Source: Candidatus Poribacteria bacterium | GTDB lineage: Bacteria; Poribacteria; WGA-4E; PCPOR2b | Direction of reading: 5' to 3' | Length of the DNA stretch: 64,000 nt | Assembly (NCBI GenBank): GCA_965218095.1 | Contig: OZ244587.1 | Coordinates: forward strand, 2,275,928-2,339,927 | In this document: positions 9,581 through 19,886 of the stretch, piece by piece | How the letters are laid out: every line of letters starts with the position of its first letter | How positions within the stretch are numbered: the stretch's first letter is position 1 | Translations under genes and position numbers: made by a program | Notes under the pieces: generated by a model | Told to the model about the DNA's origin: nothing | What the model saw: only the letters and a program-made list of their open reading frames with translations | Databases searched by the model: none

Positions 9581-12112
9581 TCAGCCCAAAGCCGTCAGCA
9601 TATCGCGCTGGTGTGCCAAGCGGTGCTCCCGCTCCTCGGCGAAGCGTTTAATCCCAGCAAAAATCGACTCGGCATCGAGATGCGCCTCCGCGATCACGTC
9701 CGACTCAGTACCACCGGTGAGCCACTGATCGTCCCAGTCTGCGGTCAGCGAATATGCGTCCGTCAGCGGCCCAACGTCTCTGACCGGCCAGACGCGTCGT
9801 GTTCCCGTGGTCACCACCATCATGTCATATTGTGCCCCTGAGGGCAACACCGACTGGCGGTAGGCATCGGATTGCTGGTCGAACAGTTCTTGACTTACGG
9901 TTGCAATGATTTTCACGTTTACTCCCTCGTCCTCCAGTTGTGGTATGACCTCGACCAGATTGACGGTGGAGTTAGACCCCTGGACGATCACGTATCCGTG
10001 TTTGGGTTTGTCCGGATCAAAGTCGCGAATGACGTACAGCCCTTTGGCCGCTGCGTTGAGGTCGCTGTCGGCAAACATGGTGCGGTCCGCCACCGGAAAA
10101 TCGGGACGGGCCACTTCGATAATAATGACGCCGACGCGGGGATTGCGGGCTGCGATCTCGGCTGCGGCAAAATAGCCCGGAGCGACGTCGTTGTAATCCC
10201 AGAAACTGACATGAATTGCCTGACCGCGCGGAAAGAGTTTCCATACCTGGGGCGCAAAAATGCCGAAGTGCGTGCGGGCATCGGCGGCGGTCTCTGGCCC
10301 CGAATGCCCGGCCAGAATATTCAGGACACCCATGCGGAAACGACTGTCCTGGCTCTGCTGACTCCACACCCGGGCGGGCAGGTACATCAGTGGGGTAAAG
10401 GCTCCATAAGTGCCGCTCAAGGCCCAAACCCCGGCGAACTTCTCCGGGTCGAGCGCGGCGCTCTGGCCCACAAGCCCGATGGCGGTTGATGCGTTCCCCG
10501 CTTCCTCAATGGGGGCTTTGAACCGGGTACCGACCGGATTGTCATCCGGACTGTAATGGCCCCACAGGGTGCCGTGTTCAACGTTAATGGACTCGGAGAG
10601 ATCGGCTGCAAGGGTGATAAACCGATTGTCGGTTACATAATTCATCCACTTGATAATTTCCGAAATGGCCCGGCGGGTTCCAGCGACTTCTCCCGCCTTT
10701 TTAAATAGGATGATGTCTACTTCCTTTTCCTCGCCAGACACCGGATTCTTCACGGTAAGTGTCTGCGGTTCAACCGGGAGATTTTTCACCCGGATGCGGT
10801 CATCCAGAAAGGGATCGCGCGTGGTATCAATCCGCAGCGGGAGATCGGCCTGAACCGAATTACCAATTTCTACGAGGCGATCAGCCAGCCAGTCTCCCAG
10901 TCCATTCTGGTCGAGCAGCGACATCACCACATCGATGTTGGTCTTGAACTGAATCAGACGCTCGCGCTCATCGGTGACCGGTCCCTGACGAATACCCTCG
11001 AATTCCACCCCATAACGCTTCTCAAAGGTCTCGGCAAGGGCGACAAAATACTCCTCATTCATTTTCAACGCGTACGGGTGGCTCGAGTAACTGACCAACT
11101 GGTCGCCGTATCCCGGAATTTTCCCATCCACCACTCCGGGCCAGTATCCCTTTACCGTCCTGCCGATCACCACCATCGGTCGGCGGTCCTCGGGCTCCCA
11201 GTCCTCCATGGTTTTGAGGACGGCAAGAATCTGATCATAATCATTGCCGTTTTCAAGGGCGAACACATTCCAGCCGTAAGAAGTCCACTGGTCTTCGAGC
11301 TGGTAGCGCTCATGTTTGGCATCGATCACCCCGCCCACCAGCGTGTCATCAATCCCCGCGTTATTATAGGACAGCAGGATACGCAGGCGCTTGCCTACCT
11401 GCGTTGCGAGGGCCTGGGTTTTTAACTCCTGCGCATGCCCCTCGGTCATGGCAAATTCGCCTTCGAGGGCGAGGACTTTGAGGGAATCGGGGGCACCCAG
11501 AAAGTTCCAGAACGCCGCTTTGCCGGCAGCAGTCGCGATACCAATGCCCGAAGGACCGCCGTTGACATCGTTGGTCACATCGGTTGTTTCGGCATGACCC
11601 GCCAGCGACCGGATGCCGCGCAATTTTGCCTGCGCAAAGAGCGGATGGTCTTCCAAGCCATGCTCTTTCAACAGAGTTTTCAGGGCGCCTGCGCCGCGTC
11701 GAAAACCTAACGCATCGATCGGCAACACGGCAACTTCCGGGGCAACGTGGTAACGCAGAACACCTGTAGCTGTATGCTTGCGTGCCATAGCTTCGCCCAT
11801 GATCATCCACAGGGCATACGCAGTGGGAATGTTATGCCCACCGGCGAGCATGAATTTGTCGCAGAACGGATGCTTGGGCTGGCGGTAGTCGTAGCGCAGG
11901 CCTCCCAGTTCCGGTCCGGCTAAATGGATCGCGACATTGTAAGGCGTGTAGGCCAACGGCCCGCCAAAATGCCCTGTCTGAGCATAATTTCCGAGCAGCA
12001 CCAACGTCATACAGGTCATGGAACCGATATCCTCAAGGCGCTCCCGGTCGTATTCCGCCGTCAGTGGCTTAACAGGTGACAGTAAAGTGTTCGTAAAAGT
12101 GTTCGTGCTCAT
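9581..12112 (-). CDS. Transketolase-family thiamine-diphosphate enzyme (long form)
   Basis: GHFGGPL...GGHNIPTAYA and LEGEFAMTEGHAQE...NNAGIDD resemble the TK ThDP-binding motifs. Start moved to the ATG at 12112, which has GGAGGG upstream. The upstream 59 codons look non-coding. Confidence 0.7.
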   Translation of the reverse strand: MSTNTFTNTLLSPVKPLTAEYDRERLEDIGSMTCMTLVLLGNYAQTGHFGGPLAYTPYNVAIHLAGPELGGLRYDYRQPKHPFCDKFMLAGGHNIPTAYALWMIMGEAMARKHTATGVLRYHVAPEVAVLPIDALGFRRGAGALKTLLKEHGLEDHPLFAQAKLRGIRSLAGHAETTDVTNDVNGGPSGIGIATAAGKAAFWNFLGAPDSLKVLALEGEFAMTEGHAQELKTQALATQVGKRLRILLSYNNAGIDDTLVGGVIDAKHERYQLEDQWTSYGWNVFALENGNDYDQILAVLKTMEDWEPEDRRPMVVIGRTVKGYWPGVVDGKIPGYGDQLVSYSSHPYALKMNEEYFVALAETFEKRYGVEFEGIRQGPVTDERERLIQFKTNIDVVMSLLDQNGLGDWLADRLVEIGNSVQADLPLRIDTTRDPFLDDRIRVKNLPVEPQTLTVKNPVSGEEKEVDIILFKKAGEVAGTRRAISEIIKWMNYVTDNRFITLAADLSESINVEHGTLWGHYSPDDNPVGTRFKAPIEEAGNASTAIGLVGQSAALDPEKFAGVWALSGTYGAFTPLMYLPARVWSQQSQDSRFRMGVLNILAGHSGPETAADARTHFGIFAPQVWKLFPRGQAIHVSFWDYNDVAPGYFAAAEIAARNPRVGVIIIEVARPDFPVADRTMFADSDLNAAAKGLYVIRDFDPDKPKHGYVIVQGSNSTVNLVEVIPQLEDEGVNVKIIATVSQELFDQQSDAYRQSVLPSGAQYDMMVVTTGTRRVWPVRDVGPLTDAYSLTADWDDQWLTGGTESDVIAEAHLDAESIFAGIKRFAEEREHRLAHQRDMLTALG

Positions 12113-12395
12113 AGCCAACGAAATCCCTCCTGAGTTTGTTAGGGGCCTGGACACATGTTTCTGGACATGAATGCTGCGTTGTCTTCCAGGGTCGAACGTG
12201 TATAGGGGGCTGCCGGGGGCTGCCCATACTACAATCCCGACTGCCAGGGGTAATCCAAAAAATTCTGTCTGAACGATTTCTAACTTCACTTACGAATTTG
12301 GTTAGAACATTATAACACAATTGCTCAAAAAAAGGGATCGAAAAAAACAGAAAATTTGGCGTTTTGTGGCCATGGGGAATTTCTAGATTTTACGC

Positions 12396-12424
12396 TTGAC
12401 TCAGTTTATAGGTCGTGGTATAGT
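12396..12424 (+). promoter_or_regulatory. Sigma70-type promoter candidate: TTGACT, 17-nt spacer, TATAGT
   Basis: Read directly. Lies about 200 nt upstream of the GNAT gene. Confidence 0.4.
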
Positions 12425-12544
12425 AATTTCGTTTTTTTATTGTATCGGGTTTTAGAAATTTGTTCAATAGGATCATCCGGGAAAATTCGGGGTGGTTCAT
12501 TTTTGGGCTGAGTTCGGTTGACACTTTCCAAACACCAAATAATC

Positions 12545-12571
12545 GGAGCACAAGCTAATAGCTTGTGCTCC
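12545..12571. other. Perfect 12-bp hairpin GGAGCACAAGCT-AAT-AGCTTGTGCTCC in the leader of the GNAT gene
   Basis: Inverted repeat read directly. No T-run follows on the + strand. Confidence 0.5.
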
Positions 12572-12623
12572 TGAAATCGTCAACAAGATCTTGAACCATC
12601 CTGACAACTGAACTTTTTTCGTT

Positions 12624-13022
12624 ATGCCAACTCAATTGACATGCCACACATCACATACCGAGTCCATCCCGCAGGTAACCGCCCGTGAGCTTAACGATCT
12701 ATTTGCTGCTGCATGGACGAACCACAAAGAGAGTCAATTTCGTTCGATTCTTGAGCACAGCCTTGCATATATCGGAGCGTACGATGGGGGTCGACTTGTC
12801 GGATTTGTGAACGTAGCGTGGGACGGTGGCATACATGGTTTTCTTCTCGATACAACTGTTCACACCGACTATCAAGGACACGGTATTGGCAGTCAACTGG
12901 TCGAACGAGCTGCCGAAGTAACTGCGCAAAATGGTGTGGAGTGGCTCCATGTCGACTACGAGCCACAACTTGAAGACTTTTATCAGGCGTGTGGGTTCAC
13001 GGAGACGAGGGCAGGGTTCTGA
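12624..13022 (+). CDS. GNAT family N-acetyltransferase
   Basis: VHTDYQGHGIGSQLVERA acetyl-CoA-binding motif (Q/RxxGxG/A). Confidence 0.75.
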   Translation: MPTQLTCHTSHTESIPQVTARELNDLFAAAWTNHKESQFRSILEHSLAYIGAYDGGRLVGFVNVAWDGGIHGFLLDTTVHTDYQGHGIGSQLVERAAEVTAQNGVEWLHVDYEPQLEDFYQACGFTETRAGF

Positions 13023-13070
13023 ATTTGTGCGGATAGTTGGCATCATCACAAGTTATGAAGGAGAAGACCA

Positions 13071-14222
13071 ATGTCCATTATTGCTGAACCGGATGTGAAG
13101 ACCGATCGCCTCGGTGGCGTGGATGTGCCATCTGCCGAAGTGCTCAAGAAGATGCATGAGAGTCAGTACATTCTCCATGCTCGCGGCGGCAAGTCGAGCG
13201 AAGTGCCGGTCGAAAAGGTGCTCCTGCCGCGGGAACCGAACACGAGCCCACAGGCTGTCCACGCTGTCAAAGCGCCTGACGGGGCCGTCTACGCCAATCT
13301 AGCCCACATTATCTGCAAGACCAACGACGCGGGCACGATGTGGACGGCGCATGACAAAGGCCCCGGCAGCGGGCATTTTGAAGTCCTCAAGGACGGGACC
13401 TTCATTGGTTTGGGCACTGAGGGTGAACATCCAAACTTGCAAGTAATCATCAAATCGTCGACCGACGAGGGCCGCACCTGGCAAAAAATCTCCCAGATTC
13501 CGAATCCGCCGGGATGCTGGGGCAGTGGGATATGGATCGCGCACCTGCCGGATGACACGTTACTGGCGGCTATTGGACATCCGAACCATGTTTTTGAGCA
13601 ACAGGGGCCCAAGCTGGTGTACAAATCGGGTACGGGTGACCTGTTCGTGTATCGTTCGACCAATGGCGGGCAGACGTGGACCGACCCGGCCCATATGCAT
13701 GACTGGGCGAGCGAGGGGGGCGTCACGCTGACGGCGTCGGGTAAACTGTTCGCGGCGCACCGCTACCAGCGCCCCATGATGCCCGGTGATCCGCCCGATC
13801 TGGAGCAGCGGACAGGCAGCATTAGTCCAGGTTGGCCCTACAAGCACGTATGTGTCGTCGAGTCGGATGATTGGGGATGCACATGGAAGAACTTTCGCCA
13901 GTTCACATCAGTGTTCGGCCAGACGCGCGGCTATCCTGTAGCACTCAGTGACGGCACCGTGATCGTCATTCACGACACGCGCTACGGCCCTGGGCCACCT
14001 GGCAGCCGGGCCATGATTAGCCGTGACGAAGGTGAGACTTGGGAAGACGAGGTGTACTACTTGGACTATACAACCTTCACGGGAAGCTATAATGCCAGCG
14101 TTTTACTGGAGAACGATCTTATTCTTACCGTGGCTGCCTCCAGTCAGGCCGGCAACAATTGGGAAGCCGTGAGAGACAACACCGACGTTTACGCCATACG
14201 GTGGAAGCCGGTGAAGCAATAG
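13071..14222 (+). CDS. BNR-repeat (sialidase / exo-alpha-sialidase-like) protein
   Basis: Three SxDxGxTW Asp-boxes: STDEGRTW, STNGGQTW and SRDEGETW. GAAGGAG lies before the ATG. No obvious signal peptide. Confidence 0.7.
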   Translation: MSIIAEPDVKTDRLGGVDVPSAEVLKKMHESQYILHARGGKSSEVPVEKVLLPREPNTSPQAVHAVKAPDGAVYANLAHIICKTNDAGTMWTAHDKGPGSGHFEVLKDGTFIGLGTEGEHPNLQVIIKSSTDEGRTWQKISQIPNPPGCWGSGIWIAHLPDDTLLAAIGHPNHVFEQQGPKLVYKSGTGDLFVYRSTNGGQTWTDPAHMHDWASEGGVTLTASGKLFAAHRYQRPMMPGDPPDLEQRTGSISPGWPYKHVCVVESDDWGCTWKNFRQFTSVFGQTRGYPVALSDGTVIVIHDTRYGPGPPGSRAMISRDEGETWEDEVYYLDYTTFTGSYNASVLLENDLILTVAASSQAGNNWEAVRDNTDVYAIRWKPVKQ

Positions 14223-14238
14223 GGAATAGGGAGAACGA

Positions 14239-15054
14239 ATGATGGATTTCTGGGATGCACTGTATGAACTGGGCGTGCGCGATGATATGCTGACTATCGC
14301 AGAGAAGGAACAGTTGGATGGGGACGGTTATTTGCCTCTGGAGGGCGTCTTCACGCGCAAACACGCAGCGCGGATGCTCGAAACACACAAGAAGCTGTGG
14401 GAGATCGAGGGAACAGGCCAGGAAGGCAAGGCTGACTCAGTCGTGAATGCACAGAACAAGTGCGGGTCCGACGTGTACGACATCTGCTTTACCCACCCGC
14501 GTGTGTTGGCTGCGGTGGCGCATGTGCTGAAAGAAGAATTCCTGTCAATGGGGGTTCATCCTGCCGGGCCGCATTGGCCGCCCGGCGATGAGAACCAGGG
14601 CCTACACACGGATTGCCGTGGTAAGGTCTCATCCGGGAAATTCTACTGCTGTAATTCGATGTGGCCGCTGATGGATTTCACTGACGACAACGGCCCGACG
14701 CGCGTGATACCTGGGAGCCACCTGTTCGGCGCGATACCGTCAGAAGCGCTTGACGATTGCGTAGCAACACAGCCCGATGAAGTGAAACTGATTATACCGG
14801 TCGGCACGGTAGTGATCTTCAATGCGCACCTCTGGCACAGTGCAACGGCAAACCCGAAACGCATTCCTCGCGCTAACTTAACCAGTTTCTGGTCCCGGCG
14901 CGTATTTGATCCCGATGCCGCGAAAGAGAACGGAATCGAATTAAGGGAAGGTAACCGCTGTTCAAATCATCTGAGCCAGGACGCATTCGATCGCCTCAGT
15001 GAGGCAGCACGATGCCTGTTCGACCCGCCGGATGACGAGGATAGTGTAGAGTAG
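14239..15054 (+). CDS. PhyH-family Fe(II)/2-oxoglutarate dioxygenase
   Basis: GYLPLEGVF N-terminus, an HTD motif and a later NAHLWHSATAN motif. Confidence 0.75.
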   Translation: MMDFWDALYELGVRDDMLTIAEKEQLDGDGYLPLEGVFTRKHAARMLETHKKLWEIEGTGQEGKADSVVNAQNKCGSDVYDICFTHPRVLAAVAHVLKEEFLSMGVHPAGPHWPPGDENQGLHTDCRGKVSSGKFYCCNSMWPLMDFTDDNGPTRVIPGSHLFGAIPSEALDDCVATQPDEVKLIIPVGTVVIFNAHLWHSATANPKRIPRANLTSFWSRRVFDPDAAKENGIELREGNRCSNHLSQDAFDRLSEAARCLFDPPDDEDSVE

Positions 15055-15189
15055 CGACGCTACACAGGATTCAAGCAACCTACTCTGGTGGGATGACGTG
15101 TCAGGCGCTATGTGCGACATTTTCTGGAAAGAATCGCTGGAGAGGAGAGCACATCGGCTTTCTTATACCTGACCGATGAAGGGGAAATC

Positions 15190-15354
15190 ATGTCTGAGCA
15201 TCTTGAATACAAATACAAAAGACCGTTTCCGTGGGCGACTTTGATCGTTGGCATTAGTGTCTTAGCAATCTATACATTGGTCGGAACTCTGATCTACCTG
15301 ATGTTCCGAACAGGTAATCGTCTACTGAGTGGTCTACAAACGTCAATGGCATGA
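15190..15354 (+). CDS. Possible small single-pass membrane protein
   Basis: MSEHLEYKYKRPFPWATLIVGISVLAIYTLVGTLIYLMF has one clear TM helix. The purine-rich GAAGGGGA lies upstream. Confidence 0.25.
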   Translation: MSEHLEYKYKRPFPWATLIVGISVLAIYTLVGTLIYLMFRTGNRLLSGLQTSMA

Positions 15355-15449
15355 GATCAGCCCAAGCGGATCGTACGTCAGCCAACGGAACCTATCTCAT
15401 ATCGGGGCATATAACACCCCAATTTCAAAAAGAATCATTGAGGAGCGCT

Positions 15450-16415
15450 ATGAAACCGAAAGTATGGACGGAAGTGGAATTACATCCGGAAGCCTTGGCT
15501 CGACTACAGATCGAGACCGAAGTCATCACAAACGGTACACCGGATAATCTGGAGGGCGCCGATGCAGCCGTAATCGGCCGCAGTCACGTTGACGGCGCGT
15601 TTCTCGATTATGCCGGGCCGAACCTGAAGCTGGTCATCCGGCATGGGATCGGCTACAACGCGGTTGATGTGCCGGCCGCTACCGAGCGGGGAATTCTTGC
15701 GGCAAACACACCCGATGGCCCCACGGAAAGCGCGGCTGAACATGCCGTTGCTCTCCTGCTGGCGATCGCCAAGCGCGTTGCTAAATCCGATTGGGTCTTG
15801 CGTACCAACCAACCATGGACGCGCCCCGACTTGCGCGGCACCGAGGTGCTTGGCCAACTGTTGGGCGTCGTCGGCTACGGACGTATCGGCCGTCGCGTCA
15901 CCGAAATCTGCATGCTGGGACTGAAAATGCGGGTGATCGTCTATGACCCGTACCTGACCAAAGCGCCGGAAATGCCCGAAGGCGTCAAAATGGTGGACAA
16001 TCTGGATGAGTTGTTATCACAGGCGGACTTTGTCACCCTCCACACGCCCTTATCGCCGGATACTCACCACCTAATCGGCGAACGCGAACTCCGACTGATG
16101 AAACCTGACTCGTATCTGATCAATGCCAGTCGCGGCCCAGTTGTGGACGAGGTGGCTTTGATTCGTGCCCTTGAGGATAGGCGCCTGGCCGGCGCCGGCT
16201 TGGATGTGTTCGAGATCGAGCCGCCGGAGCCAGACAACCCGTTGCTGCGTATGGCCAACGTGGTTGCCACGCCCCACGTTGCCAGCAACACGCCCCAAGG
16301 GAGTTGGCGCATGTCCCAGAGTGTTGTGGACCAGGTCCTGCAAGTATTGGCCGGTAAACGCCCACCACATCTCCTTGATTCGACTGCCTGGCCAGGTCGG
16401 GTTGGGGCGTCATAA
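15450..16415 (+). CDS. D-isomer-specific 2-hydroxyacid dehydrogenase (phosphoglycerate dehydrogenase-like)
   Basis: GVVGYGRIGRRV NAD-binding motif, INASRGPVVDE and PHVAS catalytic-His region. Start moved to the ATG at 15450, which has GAGGAG upstream. Confidence 0.8.
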   Translation: MKPKVWTEVELHPEALARLQIETEVITNGTPDNLEGADAAVIGRSHVDGAFLDYAGPNLKLVIRHGIGYNAVDVPAATERGILAANTPDGPTESAAEHAVALLLAIAKRVAKSDWVLRTNQPWTRPDLRGTEVLGQLLGVVGYGRIGRRVTEICMLGLKMRVIVYDPYLTKAPEMPEGVKMVDNLDELLSQADFVTLHTPLSPDTHHLIGERELRLMKPDSYLINASRGPVVDEVALIRALEDRRLAGAGLDVFEIEPPEPDNPLLRMANVVATPHVASNTPQGSWRMSQSVVDQVLQVLAGKRPPHLLDSTAWPGRVGAS

Positions 16416-16832
16416 CAACGTAGCAAGATACATAAAGGACAAGAACTATAATCGACAGAACCTGAGCGAGATTCAGATGGGCGTTGTGTTGCTGGAAGTT
16501 CAAAGCAATCGCTACGAGAATTTGGCACCACTGATGGATCAAGTGAATGCCGTTAGACTAACGGTTGACGATTCGATTAAACCAACGATTATCCAAGCCT
16601 AGGTGTAAAGATGGTAGAGATCCAACCAATTTTCGTGTTGACGAAGAGTCTTAATACCGTATCATACAGTCGAGATGTACTTTCCATCTGACCTCCATCG
16701 TCAAGTTTACATCATATTTTTCCTGTAATGGAAAGTCGCATCCCTCCTTTTGTTGCCTATGCTGAAGTGATTTTTGTCAGTCAATCAGGTAGGTGCCGCT
16801 AGAGAATTCACATCGTCTACTAAGGAGTTGCC

Positions 16833-17606
16833 ATGTACCGTTTATCTGTGTGTGCAGGCACGGTCCTGCAAAACATGCCTTTTGAGCAGCGCGTCACAGA
16901 AATTGCCCGGGCAGGGTTTCTGGTCGATCTATGGAGTTGGGAAGAGAGCGCCATTGATACCATTGCTGCCGATCCCAATATCGAAATCAGTGCTATCCCG
17001 GGTTGGATCGGCGGGAGCATGGTTCATCCCGATGGCGTCGAGTCGTATCTGGAGGGGGTTGCGAAGAATCTCGACATCGCTCAAAAGCTGAAGTGCCGGA
17101 ATCTGGGTATCACGACCGGCGCGCTTGACGAAAGAGGTCAGATGGCCCATCCTGTTGCGGAACATCCGGCCACCCGGTGGATCACCGCTTACAAGGCGCT
17201 TTGCCAGGTGGCAGAGCTAGCCGAAAAGCACAATGTTGTATACCACTTGGAGCAACTGAATACGAAGGTGGATCACGCTGGATATCCGTTTCCAAACACG
17301 GCGGATGTCGTAAAACTGCTCGATGAGGTGGACAGCCCGCGTATTAAGCTGCTTTGCGATGTCTATCACATCCAGATCCAGGAGGGCAATGTCATCCAAA
17401 CGATTCGAGACTATTACGACAGCATCGGCAATATCCACGTGGCTGATGTGCCGGGCCGCCATGAACCGGGCACAGGCGAGATTAACTATCGGGAAGTTGT
17501 CCGTGTCCTACGAGAACTGAACTACGAGGGCATCATTGGCCTGGAAGCATTCCCCCAAAACGACGATGCCCAGGCCATGGCCCGCTTTCGGGACACCTTT
17601 TCATGA
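16833..17606 (+). CDS. Hydroxypyruvate isomerase-like / xylose-isomerase-like TIM-barrel protein
   Basis: Hyi-like layout: the start (MYRLSVCAGTVLQNMPFEQRV) and the end (HVADVPGRHEPGTGEINY). Confidence 0.65.
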   Translation: MYRLSVCAGTVLQNMPFEQRVTEIARAGFLVDLWSWEESAIDTIAADPNIEISAIPGWIGGSMVHPDGVESYLEGVAKNLDIAQKLKCRNLGITTGALDERGQMAHPVAEHPATRWITAYKALCQVAELAEKHNVVYHLEQLNTKVDHAGYPFPNTADVVKLLDEVDSPRIKLLCDVYHIQIQEGNVIQTIRDYYDSIGNIHVADVPGRHEPGTGEINYREVVRVLRELNYEGIIGLEAFPQNDDAQAMARFRDTFS

Positions 17607-17660
17607 TCCGGTTGTCATCCAGGGATGGGGTATTCCGGTCGACTTTTGAAGGAGGCTTAT

Positions 17661-18656
17661 ATGAAACTTGGTGTAATCTCGCAGAACCTGATGCAGTTTG
17701 AATTTGAGGAAGGGCTCCAATATGCGCAAAATCTGGGGCTAAATGCGGTGGAAGTCGGCGCGCTGGGACTTTGGGGCCGAGGCTATTGCAACGTTGAAAA
17801 ACTCGTCGCGGACCCGGGTGAGATACGCCGGTGGCTGGATGCGTTTGCCCGCTACGAGCTTGAGATCAGCGCCCTCGGTGGCCACGGCGCACCACTGATG
17901 CCGGACAAAGCAGTCACCGACAAATACTCGCAGGAGTTTCGACAAACCTGCAAGCTCATGGAAATGGCTGGCCTCCGGCGCATGACCACCCTTGCCGGCC
18001 TACCCGAAGGCGCCGAGGGAGACAAGAGTCCGAACTGGGTGACGTTTGCCGATTTGCCTTTCCTGCACGAAACGCTCCAGTGGCAATGGGAGCAGCGCTT
18101 GCTGCCCTATTGGCGTGAACATGGGAAGATTGCCGCAGATCACGGCGTCACTTTATGCTTCGAAATGCACGGCGGTGACTTGATTCACAATCCGGTCACA
18201 CTCATGCGGTTTCGAGAGGAAATTGGACCGGTCGTCGCCTGTAATCTCGATGTGTCACACTTGTGGTTCCAAGGCATCGACCCGGTCGAAGCGGTCCGGT
18301 TTCTCGGTGACGCCATCCAGCACGTGCACGCCAAGGACACGCATATTCACCCCCACAACCTTTGCCTACGCGGATACCACGACTCCTCATCTGCGACGCA
18401 GAACGACCAGCGCCCCTGGACGTTCACAATCCCCGGATGGGGGCACGACGCAACGGAATGGCGTGCCTTCGTCACGGCGCTGCGCTTGGCAGACTACGAC
18501 CATGTGCTGTCGATTGAAATGGAGTGTGAATACATCAACGTCGAGGAGGGTCTTGAGAAATCCGTCGAATTCCTCAAGCCGATTGTGCTTGAGAAACCAC
18601 CCGGCGCAAAATGGTGGGAGATCGCCGGCATGAGCGACGCTGGCAGTTTGTATTGA
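17661..18656 (+). CDS. Sugar phosphate isomerase/epimerase (xylose-isomerase-like TIM barrel)
   Basis: MKLGVISQNL start with GGAGG 5 nt upstream. CFEMHGGDL and HVHAKD motifs. Confidence 0.65.
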   Translation: MKLGVISQNLMQFEFEEGLQYAQNLGLNAVEVGALGLWGRGYCNVEKLVADPGEIRRWLDAFARYELEISALGGHGAPLMPDKAVTDKYSQEFRQTCKLMEMAGLRRMTTLAGLPEGAEGDKSPNWVTFADLPFLHETLQWQWEQRLLPYWREHGKIAADHGVTLCFEMHGGDLIHNPVTLMRFREEIGPVVACNLDVSHLWFQGIDPVEAVRFLGDAIQHVHAKDTHIHPHNLCLRGYHDSSSATQNDQRPWTFTIPGWGHDATEWRAFVTALRLADYDHVLSIEMECEYINVEEGLEKSVEFLKPIVLEKPPGAKWWEIAGMSDAGSLY

Positions 18657-18830
18657 CCCGGGTTGGATGAAGTGCAAATAAACACCTGAAAACTTAGTGG
18701 TTCACCAGTCCGGGTTGATAGACCTGATAGGTTTTTGCAACCTGTCAGATTTGGGGTCACCCCCTGTATGAATTTAAGAAATAGACCTCTTAGAAACTAT
18801 CAAAACTCTAATCTGAAGGAGGACATCTAC

Positions 18831-19544
18831 ATGAATATCGAACTTGAATGGGTATTTCTGGCGTGTTTCCGTCTGTGGCAGGACGGACGTCCTTATTTGG
18901 TGACCGACCCGGGAACGCCGTCGGTCCTGGGCATCGGCCGCGACGAGCCACAATTGGAAGGTGAAGTGGTGATCGCCAGTTCGCTGATCGACAAAGGACA
19001 TTACTTTCCCGGTCTCGTGTACAGCAATCCCCAGGTAATCAACGCCTGGGACGTCGCCCGAGGTCAAGCCGAAGCGGAGATCAACGGCAAACCGATCGTC
19101 GCCGTCGAGGCAGCGGAGGCTCCCGAGCACCCAGAAGGCGCCGATCCCAATGCGTTGTACGCTTTTGAGGCCGGTGACCTCTGGTTCCTGCACATGGGCG
19201 ATCTCGGCTACGGCTTAGACGCTGACCAGCTCAAGCCTTTCAGCGGCAAGTGTGACGTCCTGCTGGCCATCACAGGTGAAAAGTTAACCCTGAAACTCGA
19301 TGAACTCGATGCCATGATCGACATTCTCCAACCCAAATGGATCATCCCTATGCACTACAACGTTCCGCCCATCGATTTCGGGCTAACAACGCTTGACGTT
19401 TTTCTCAGGCGCCGTCCCCGCGATCCGGTAGTCATTACCCGGCGACACACGGTGCAGTTTCCACTGCCGCAGGTGAAAGCCGATCGGCCAACCATTGTCG
19501 TGCTGGAACCGTCAGGGTACTCGCCGACGAGTTCCAGCATTTGA
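18831..19544 (+). CDS. MBL-fold (UPF0173-like) hydrolase homologue with a degenerate HxHxDH motif
   Basis: FLHMGDLGY and DVLLAITGEK...PKWIIPMHYN match the fold. The canonical HxHxDH position reads SSLIDKGH. AAGGAGG lies before the ATG at 18831. Confidence 0.45.
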   Translation: MNIELEWVFLACFRLWQDGRPYLVTDPGTPSVLGIGRDEPQLEGEVVIASSLIDKGHYFPGLVYSNPQVINAWDVARGQAEAEINGKPIVAVEAAEAPEHPEGADPNALYAFEAGDLWFLHMGDLGYGLDADQLKPFSGKCDVLLAITGEKLTLKLDELDAMIDILQPKWIIPMHYNVPPIDFGLTTLDVFLRRRPRDPVVITRRHTVQFPLPQVKADRPTIVVLEPSGYSPTSSSI

Positions 19545-19886
19545 ACTGATAGCGAGTAAGACGTTCTATTGCCCTGTTACCCTGAACCCTTCACTAGCGG
19601 AAGGCGGCAAGATGGGCGCTATAGGAGAACACTCGCCCGGACAGGCGGAAATCTGCTATCGACTCAACGTGAAATTGCAGCAGAGGATAGACCGACGTAT
19701 TCGCGATGCCAGGGCGGACGAAAGGATTTTCTTCCTTCCCACTGGTCGAGGCCCTGGCCAATCGCGGCGCCGATTTCCAAAAAGGCTTGAGCGAACATAC
19801 GCGCCAAATCGAGTGGAAGGCATGGGAACATTCCAAAGCCTGAGGTATCGACTTGATGAGCCAACTCAATGAGGAGGGGTACACCT

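Noticed and set aside
12113-12289. N-terminal 59-codon extension of the transketolase-like ORF. Similar extensions occur at 9161-9226 (gpsA), 25013-25123 (rplM), 39543-39662 (YceI) and 15351-15449.
   Set aside because: Internal ATGs with good Shine-Dalgarno sequences give N-termini matching the family norms. The extensions have no family similarity.
16486-16602. 41-codon ORF (MGVVLLEVQSNRYENLAPLMDQVNAVRLTVDDSIKPTIIQA) in the 417-nt gap after the 2-hydroxyacid dehydrogenase.
   Set aside because: There is no ribosome-binding site and no recognisable family. It could be a gene remnant, but nothing supports a call.
19545-19886. ORFs on both strands (19495-19872, 19594-19884, 19664-19918) in the gap before the 19887 gene.
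   Set aside because: They mutually overlap, lack translation signals and resemble no protein family.
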